From a virus, in the UHGV virus genome UHGV-0141727: DNA of 64,000 nucleotides; one strand, 5' to 3'. The number at the start of each line of letters is the position of its first letter. The stretch's first letter is position 1. Below the pieces are notes generated by a model that did no database searches, was not told the DNA's origin, and worked only from the letters and a program-made list of their open reading frames with translations. Position numbers and translations under genes: made by a program. Of this stretch, positions 57,684 through 64,000 are shown piece by piece.

Positions 57684-57904
57684 CAGAACAGACGATGACA
57701 AATCGCGAACTTGTTGATGCCGCGATTGAACTTGCTGGCGATTTTTATTCCATGATGGGTTACGAACATCGTCCTGGTTTTAAGTATTGGGAGTCACCGC
57801 ATCCGCAAGAACAACAGGTGTTTGAAATGGCCTGCCGTGCTTTTGAGGTTATTCGCGGTTCTGATGTGATGGAGGCCGTTGCCGACTTGGAGGATGAAGA
57901 GTGA
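57680..57904 (+). CDS. hypothetical protein
   Basis: ORF 74 aa. Confidence 0.3.
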   Translation: MTEQTMTNRELVDAAIELAGDFYSMMGYEHRPGFKYWESPHPQEQQVFEMACRAFEVIRGSDVMEAVADLEDEE

Positions 57905-58212
57905 GCATCATTGTAGAAATGCCGGTAGAACGTGATGAATATGGCTGCTGGACACATCCGGAGTATGAAAAGTTTTGCGCAGGTCGTGAATATATATCCA
58001 CTGAGGAATTTGACGCCTGGATGAAGGAAAATAATCTTCAGTGGACTATTCGCAGTATGGATGAAGATGATTTTAATCTGGACGCAGATGGCCCCGATAT
58101 TGCCGCCTGGGAACCAGAGCGACCAGAGGGCGAAGGCTGGTTTGTTGGCTCTATTCATGACACTGAAGATGGTCCGGTTTGTATCTGGCTGCGGGAGAAG
58201 GTTGCCGCATGA
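57901..58212 (+). CDS. hypothetical acidic protein
   Basis: ORF 103 aa. Confidence 0.3.
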   Translation: MSIIVEMPVERDEYGCWTHPEYEKFCAGREYISTEEFDAWMKENNLQWTIRSMDEDDFNLDADGPDIAAWEPERPEGEGWFVGSIHDTEDGPVCIWLREKVAA

Positions 58213-58895
58213 CCCAGGTGCTGCATGAAGTGAATTTATATAGCCGTATTGATGGTTCAGGCTACAGAAACATATGGGTTGTTGGTGATTTGCACGGTTG
58301 CTACACCCTACTTATGAATGAACTCCATCGTGTGGATTTTGACCCTACACAGGATTTACTGATATCGGTTGGCGACCTTATCGATCGCGGCACCGAAAAT
58401 GTTGAATGCCTGGAGCTATTGCAGATGCCCTGGTTTCGGTCGGTTATGGGAAACCACGAGCGATTAATGATCGATGCGTTAAGTCCCGCAGGCAACGTGA
58501 ATAACTGGCTAATGAATGGTGGTCAATGGTTCTTCATGCTGGACGCTGATCGGGAAATATTAGCCAGGGCGCTGGTGGAGCTGGTAAGACGTTTGCCCTA
58601 TATCATTGAGCTGAACACCGGGCATGAAACTATCGTTATAGCCCATGCCGACTATCCTGATAACGAATACCAGTTTGGTAAACCTGTTAGCGATCTCAAT
58701 GTTACCTAGCGGCGTGAGCGATTTTATGACGCGGTTGATGGTGTTGGTGGAATAATCACTGGTGCAGATAGCTTTATTTTCGGGCATACGCCAGTAAGCA
58801 GCCCGAAATCTTTCTGGAACCAGCACTACATAGACACTGGTGCGGTTTTTTGCGGAAATCTGACGCTAAAGCAGGTGAAGGTAGGGCAGTCGTAA
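58209..58895 (+). pseudogene. lambda-type Ser/Thr protein phosphatase interrupted by in-frame amber codon at 58707-58709
   Basis: GDLHG, GDLIDRG, GNHE motifs before the TAG; GHTP and IDTGAVF motifs continue in frame after it. Confidence 0.6.
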
Positions 58896-58925
58896 TCCTG
58901 AACACATCGTTTATGCACTCAAAAT

Positions 58926-58960
58926 GATGTTAGAATATTGATTTTAATTTTCTAACAGAT
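58926..58960. promoter_or_regulatory. operator-like inverted repeat TGTTAGAA-N14-TTCTAACA upstream of 59000 gene
   Basis: member of recurring motif family. Confidence 0.4.
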
Positions 58961-58999
58961 TATTTTACCGCTCGGAACAAAACAGAGTCGGTATACATT

Positions 59000-59995
59000 A
59001 TGAGTGCAATAATCACACCTCATTTCGTAAACGGAGCTGGTGTGGCTGTCTTTCCGGTAGACAAGCCCACCAGTAACTACATTGGCGCAGGTCGCCGTTT
59101 CATTATCTCTCCACTTCCGCGTGAACAGGCTGAAAACACGCCAGATGGCGTAGTGGATCTGAATTATTCGCTGGTTGCCAACCAGTCTCTGAAACCGTTT
59201 TTTCAAAGCGAGCGCGTATTTAACGCGTTGGGCGGTGAAGATTCGCTTGTTCATTGGGTAAGTTCCAATATCCACGATTGCCAGGCGCACGATAAGCGCG
59301 ATTGCAGCCACCAGCTAACCACTCATTTCTATAACGGCTCTGCCGTTCGCCTGTGCTGGAAGCATGATGCGGAATACATGATGAAGGGGTACAGCAAGCT
59401 GGACGACCAGTTATCCCTGAATCGTGCCAACTGGGTTATGAACTGGGCTGCGAGCGAGTTAAAACTACCGCCAGAACGCGATCTGAGCATGGTTGAACTC
59501 ACTTTTTGGGCCATTCGCCGAAATCTTAAAGACGAGCTGCCAGATGAAGCCGGTCGCATTGCATTTTGTCAGCCAAAACAGGAAATCCCTACCGGCACAC
59601 TGAAAGAATCGGATATCACCTGGGAGCACAGCACCCGTGAGCTGGTGGACATAACCGCAGAGCAGATCGTCAACCTGTCTGTAGATGAGGATTCCGGCCT
59701 GCTGTATATGCGCCGACCAAAAGCGGTTCTCGGTAAAAGCCCGACTTATCTCCGGTTTGTGATTTCTCGTCCGTGCATCGGATGCGGTGGCAAAGTTAAT
59801 CACCCGTTCATGTACCGCGCCCGCTCGTTAAACGAACACGATCGCTGGGCCGTTCCTCTTTGCGATGAATGCGCCAGAAGCGCAGAAAACGATGTCCGTG
59901 CATGGGAAAAAGCACATGGCATACGCCTTTACGTAGCCGCTAACCAGCTTTTCGACTTCGCCATCGAGCGCGGAGTGATCACGTTCAATAACTGA
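59000..59995 (+). CDS. hypothetical protein with C-terminal Ref-like Cys/His cluster
   Basis: 331-aa ORF; PCIGCGG...H...VPLCDEC resembles the C-terminus of 53255..53830. Confidence 0.35.
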   Translation: MSAIITPHFVNGAGVAVFPVDKPTSNYIGAGRRFIISPLPREQAENTPDGVVDLNYSLVANQSLKPFFQSERVFNALGGEDSLVHWVSSNIHDCQAHDKRDCSHQLTTHFYNGSAVRLCWKHDAEYMMKGYSKLDDQLSLNRANWVMNWAASELKLPPERDLSMVELTFWAIRRNLKDELPDEAGRIAFCQPKQEIPTGTLKESDITWEHSTRELVDITAEQIVNLSVDEDSGLLYMRRPKAVLGKSPTYLRFVISRPCIGCGGKVNHPFMYRARSLNEHDRWAVPLCDECARSAENDVRAWEKAHGIRLYVAANQLFDFAIERGVITFNN

Positions 59996-60011
59996 TGGAG
60001 TGGATCAAAAA

Positions 60012-60734
60012 ATGAAAGAACGCGGGATGATTTTTAACGATGAAATGGTCCGGGCCATCCTCGAAGGAAGAAAAACGCAGACTCGCCGACCTGTAAAAAA
60101 TGTCAGGGCCGATAACTGCCTAGTTATCCGTAAACCGACAAAGAAACGCAATGGTGTCTATACCCACGTTATGGATGCACCTGAACATGGTTTATGCCCG
60201 TTCGGTAACGTTGGTGATCGCATATGGGTCCGTGAAGCGTGGGCGATATTAGGCAATGAGGATGGTTGCAGTGTGGACTGGAACGACAACCTTTGTCGTG
60301 GCGATGAGAAGAACGCAGCAAGGATTTATCGGGCCAGTTGCGAGCAAAAGCCTGGTGATTACGGCTTATGGTCGATACCCGATGATGCCGACTGGAAACC
60401 TCACACTGTGAATGAAAAGTTTGATGGCGGGTGGTGTCCATCAATTCACATGCCGCGATGGGCATCACGCATTCTGTTGGAGATTACCAACGTGCGCGTT
60501 GAGCGGTTGAACGATATCAGCGAATGCGATGCAGGGGCTGAGGGCGTTCCGCCTGCTGGAAGTTTGCTTCCTGATTACCCGGAAACATTCCTTACTCCCA
60601 AGGGGGATTTCGCAATGGCCAAGGTTGCGTTCCAGCGTCTGTGGGAATCCATCTATGGTGAAGAAAGCTGGAACACTAATCCCTGGGTATGGGTAATCGA
60701 GTTTAAGCGTATTCAGGGGGCAACCTGTGAGTGA
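60012..60734 (+). CDS. hypothetical prophage early-region protein
   Basis: ORF 60000..60734; ATG 60012; MIFNDEMVRAILEGRKTQTRR N-terminus. Confidence 0.35.
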   Translation: MKERGMIFNDEMVRAILEGRKTQTRRPVKNVRADNCLVIRKPTKKRNGVYTHVMDAPEHGLCPFGNVGDRIWVREAWAILGNEDGCSVDWNDNLCRGDEKNAARIYRASCEQKPGDYGLWSIPDDADWKPHTVNEKFDGGWCPSIHMPRWASRILLEITNVRVERLNDISECDAGAEGVPPAGSLLPDYPETFLTPKGDFAMAKVAFQRLWESIYGEESWNTNPWVWVIEFKRIQGATCE

Positions 60735-60993
60735 GTCAAAATGCCAAATTAATGGCAACAAGATAGAACCGTGCGCGGCGTTGGCACAATCCCTGGAGCA
60801 TGACGCTGAATACACGACGCGAAAAGGTCTGCTGAAATACAAAATCTATAACCATGCATTAATTCATTCACAAGACCTGATCATGCTGCGGTCAGGCGAG
60901 TTTTCTAAATCGCCTATTCGAGTTTCATTTTGCCCATTCTGTGGTGAAAGTCTGAAAACGTGGGAAGCGGAGGCAGCCAGTGAGCAAAATTAA
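60727..60993 (+). CDS. small Cys-containing protein
   Basis: ORF 88 aa; CPFCGE motif. Confidence 0.25.
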   Translation: MSESKCQINGNKIEPCAALAQSLEHDAEYTTRKGLLKYKIYNHALIHSQDLIMLRSGEFSKSPIRVSFCPFCGESLKTWEAEAASEQN

Positions 60994-61732
60994 CTATCAA
61001 GAACTGCGTGAGGCAGCAGAACGTGCAATTCCAGAAATGGAGCTACTGACGCTTCCATTTGATGCTTGGTTAAGCAAACAGGAGCTTAAAGACTACGGTG
61101 TGGATATTGATGTCATCAACACCTTCAGGCTTCTGGCTGGACCGGAAACCATGCTGGAACTGCTGGATGAAATTAAGCGCCAGGAAGACACAAATATTGA
61201 TGCCACGTGCCGAATTTCAGAGCTTGAGACTATTCTAGCGACGCTGGTGGCAGAGAACGCCGGGCTGAGACACGTAATGACCACCTCCATTGAGCATGAG
61301 AATGTGGAGATTGAGCAAACGGCAGGTTGCCCACGTTTTAAGCTGAAAGGCAAAGACAGACTGATTGCAGATCTTAGAAAGCAACGTGCCGAATGGATAC
61401 GGAAAGCATTGCGTTACTCTGAAGAACGCGCAGCATTGGCTAAACGAATCGAAGAGATGGAGCAGGCCAACACAAGACAGGACGCCAATATAAACCACCA
61501 GCAGGAGGGCGTGACCCAATCAGTCACCCGATACATATATCACTACAACGCAGTGAATGGTTCTGACTCTATGTCTGGAATTGCGCGGTTAAGTTTCATG
61601 ATCAAATCACAATCTGACCTTGAAGAACTTAAAAGCGCGCTTAGGAATATTGGTGGTTTCCGTGCGAAAGCAATTACATCTCTTTCATATCTTGGGCGTG
61701 AGGAAGAAGGGCAAAACGATGAAAAACCGTAA
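60980..61732 (+). CDS. Ea22-like protein
   Basis: GTG start with GGAGG RBS; N-terminal module shared with 55747..56379. Confidence 0.5.
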   Translation: MSKINYQELREAAERAIPEMELLTLPFDAWLSKQELKDYGVDIDVINTFRLLAGPETMLELLDEIKRQEDTNIDATCRISELETILATLVAENAGLRHVMTTSIEHENVEIEQTAGCPRFKLKGKDRLIADLRKQRAEWIRKALRYSEERAALAKRIEEMEQANTRQDANINHQQEGVTQSVTRYIYHYNAVNGSDSMSGIARLSFMIKSQSDLEELKSALRNIGGFRAKAITSLSYLGREEEGQNDEKP

Positions 61733-61895
61733 AGCAAAATTACTTCTTTTATCGCGTTCGACGGGGTACGAGAAGCTACCAATCAGCAATCACAAACGGG
61801 CGGTGATCGGCATGTTTGGTAGGGTGGTATTCGCATTTAACTATAAACCCACCGCGTCGCGGAACAGACGAGAGAAGGGGTACGCAGTGCGATGA
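61719..61895 (+). CDS. small basic protein (MKNRKAK family, copy 1)
   Basis: internal ATG of ORF 61620..61895; paralog of next ORF. Confidence 0.25.
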   Translation: MKNRKAKLLLLSRSTGYEKLPISNHKRAVIGMFGRVVFAFNYKPTASRNRREKGYAVR

Positions 61896-62083
61896 AAAAC
61901 CGTAAGGCAAAGATGCTGATAGCAAAGCCCGGGCAGCGTATCCGTATCTCAAATCGGCTTGTTATTTACTATAGATATCTGGGTTTTAGGGGGTGTTCCT
62001 CTATTCGTTTTTACGGTGTCTGGCGGAGCAGAAGCGCGGCGCAAAACCGCTGGAAAAACCACTTGCGCACTAAAGGAGAGTGA
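61892..62083 (+). CDS. small basic protein (MKNRKAK family, copy 2)
   Basis: ORF 63 aa; overlapping ATGA junction. Confidence 0.25.
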   Translation: MKNRKAKMLIAKPGQRIRISNRLVIYYRYLGFRGCSSIRFYGVWRSRSAAQNRWKNHLRTKGE

Positions 62084-62303
62084 GGTGCCTACACTATTCA
62101 GGAAAAACTATCCGCGAAAGAGTAGAGCAATAGAATTGCTGTTTATCATTCTGTTTTTCGTGTTGCTGATACCAATAGCCTCAATATTAGTGACTGTTCT
62201 AATGGGGAGAGTATTTGAACCGTTAGTTGAACTGTATATCGATATAGTGTGGACCCCATTCAGGAAGCTACACAATAAAATTAACCCACATAAGGAAACA
62301 GAT

Positions 62304-62540
62304 ATGGCAACTTTGACAAAAGAAGATCGTTTTACCAAAAAACAAATCGCCGAGGCAAAAATCCTCGATAACAACGGAACCTACTTCATCAACGGTTCCA
62401 TTCTTCCTGTTTATATCAATGAAGATGGAGACACTTACCTTATTGAAGAGTACGAAAAAGGCGAGCCGAGCGAACACCTCATTAAAGATTTGTTCGCGGA
62501 TGGCGTTATTGTTGCTGTTAATCCGATTGGCTACAACTAA
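62304..62540 (+). CDS. small hypothetical protein
   Basis: C-terminal part of ORF 61959..62540; ATG 62304 with AAGGAAA RBS; in-frame GTG at 62085 would add a TM segment. Confidence 0.3.
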   Translation: MATLTKEDRFTKKQIAEAKILDNNGTYFINGSILPVYINEDGDTYLIEEYEKGEPSEHLIKDLFADGVIVAVNPIGYN

Positions 62541-62550
62541 AGCATAAATT

Positions 62551-63063
62551 ATGACCAGTATTACCAGAGAACAGGCCAAGAAAATTATTGAAGCTGCCGA
62601 TGAGGTTATTAGTGCGCTTGCCGGAACTAACGAGGATGTTCACCCTGGTAGCGATAACATGCTACGTCTGTGGGATGACCTGAATGACCGTTACGCGCCG
62701 CCGGAAGTTGTGCGTGAGCTGGCGCGTATCGTGCTGGCATCGCTGGAAGCGGAGCCTGTAGCGTGGCGATATCGCTACGTGAAAAAAAGCGTTACGGACT
62801 CTCAGGGGGAGCCGTGGGTTGGTGACTGGAAATATGTACCGACAAAAGAGGATTGCAACGACAGGCCGAGCTATGAGATTCAGGCCTTATTCACTGCCCC
62901 GCCAGTCCCGGTGACATCAGAAGGACTGGTTAAAGCCGTGCGTTTCTATGAACAAGTTAAGCGTGAAAATCCGCCAGTCGAAACCGGAGCATGGAAAGAC
63001 GCGGTTGACTGGGTGCTCAAAGAGGCCTGCCAGGTTGTAAACACTGGCATCAAAGGAGACTGA
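62551..63063 (+). CDS. hypothetical prophage early-region protein
   Basis: ORF 170 aa; ASLEAEPVAW motif shared with next-but-one ORF. Confidence 0.35.
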   Translation: MTSITREQAKKIIEAADEVISALAGTNEDVHPGSDNMLRLWDDLNDRYAPPEVVRELARIVLASLEAEPVAWRYRYVKKSVTDSQGEPWVGDWKYVPTKEDCNDRPSYEIQALFTAPPVPVTSEGLVKAVRFYEQVKRENPPVETGAWKDAVDWVLKEACQVVNTGIKGD

Positions 63064-63064
63064 T

Positions 63065-63274
63065 ATGGCTATTGCCGCAAGTTACACCATGCATCTCTAT
63101 TGTGATTGCCTCCAGTGTACAGATGGCAAATATAAGTCGCCAGACTTCGGTGAGTATATCGGTACGTCATGGGCTGGCTGTGCAAAAGAGGCGCGCAAGG
63201 ATGGCTGGCGAATAAGCAAAGACAAAACACGTGCTTTTGCGCCCGGGCATAAAGTTTTGAGGATTAACAAATGA
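63065..63274 (+). CDS. small Cys-rich protein
   Basis: ORF 69 aa. Confidence 0.3.
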   Translation: MAIAASYTMHLYCDCLQCTDGKYKSPDFGEYIGTSWAGCAKEARKDGWRISKDKTRAFAPGHKVLRINK

Positions 63275-64000
63275 CCACTGTAACCGACAAAGAACTGATT
63301 AAAGAAATCAAAGAGCGCATAGGCAGCCTGGACGTGCGAGACAATATTGAGCGCCGGGCTTATGAAATAGCGTTAGCCTCGCTGGAAGCTGAACCGGTGG
63401 CATGGCAGGTCACAATCACAAAAGACGGTCAGGACTCAGCCTCTATTATTTACCGTGACTGTGCAGAGAAAGACACATGGGTTCGGATACATGAGACACT
63501 TGGTTCTGTCGTACATGTCACTCCGCTTTACATGGCACCGCCAGCGCCGGTAACACAGGCTGATGTCGCGCAAGCAATTGAAAATCTCAGGCAGAAGTTA
63601 GTGGAATGCAATCGCTATAACTACTGCGCAGATGCAGTTAAGGGCGTAGAGGATGCCTGCCACGCTACCATGCTTCAGGGTAGCCAACCTGTAAGCCAAA
63701 CTTACAACTTGCCAGAATTAATCGAAGGGATGGAAGTTTCCATTGATGTAAGCACTTGTGATGCTGATTTAGGTAATCGCTATTTCGGCACCGTCACCGA
63801 GGCGTTAGAACTTGATACAGCCAAGAATGGTTACATCCTCCTGGTTCAGGACGCAGAGCCAAACTTCGATGTAAATGGCAACTCTCCGGGAACTCCGGAT
63901 AGTTGGATAAGCTGTAGTGAGCGAATGCCAGATGATGGTCAGCACGTAATTATTTTATGTGATGGCGCATTCGTTCTTTATGCGCAATATCGAGACGGAG
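63271..64000 (+). CDS. DUF551-like protein (3' partial, runs off window)
   Basis: ATG 63271; open to end of window; SWISCSERMPDDGQHVII motif. Confidence 0.4.
   Translation, partial: MTTVTDKELIKEIKERIGSLDVRDNIERRAYEIALASLEAEPVAWQVTITKDGQDSASIIYRDCAEKDTWVRIHETLGSVVHVTPLYMAPPAPVTQADVAQAIENLRQKLVECNRYNYCADAVKGVEDACHATMLQGSQPVSQTYNLPELIEGMEVSIDVSTCDADLGNRYFGTVTEALELDTAKNGYILLVQDAEPNFDVNGNSPGTPDSWISCSERMPDDGQHVIILCDGAFVLYAQYRDG

Overview
This window reads as a contiguous segment of a P1-like (punavirus-type) temperate phage-plasmid, mosaic with lambdoid early-region genes. All calls rest on reading the ORF translations and the DNA by eye; no database search or folding was run. The minus strand carries a long virion module in P1-like order: prohead and portal-like genes, a Dar-like internal-protein cluster, LydA/LydB-like holin and antiholin, tail fibre and assembly chaperone, baseplate W/J-like genes, a 1287-aa Sit/tape-measure-like protein, tube/sheath/capsid-size proteins, a spanin pair, a PAAR protein and a spike. 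Plasmid-maintenance functions are embedded in it: a P1 RepA-like initiator flanked by iterons with a DnaA box and GATC cluster, a ParM/ParR actin-type partition operon, and a small ParA/RHH operon flanked by repeats. Other recognisable genes are RdgC (P1 HrdC-like), a Dam-like adenine methylase, a short C5-methylase-like ORF, HicAB, a RelE/HigB-like toxin with two HTH antitoxin-like genes, two Icd-Ant immunity-like modules (one with a frameshifted ant), a Ref-like HNH protein, and a plus-strand block of Ea22-like, DUF4406, ClpX-zinc-finger-like, phosphatase and DUF551 genes. The most unusual observations are a recurring TGTTAGAAAA/TTTTCTAACA inverted-repeat motif at seven or more promoter regions, a dnaX-type slippery heptamer at the stop of the capsid-size gene followed by split Ig-like coding sequence, an in-frame amber codon in the phosphatase, and several orphan cassettes of unknown function. 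No terminase, integrase, tRNA or CRISPR array was found.
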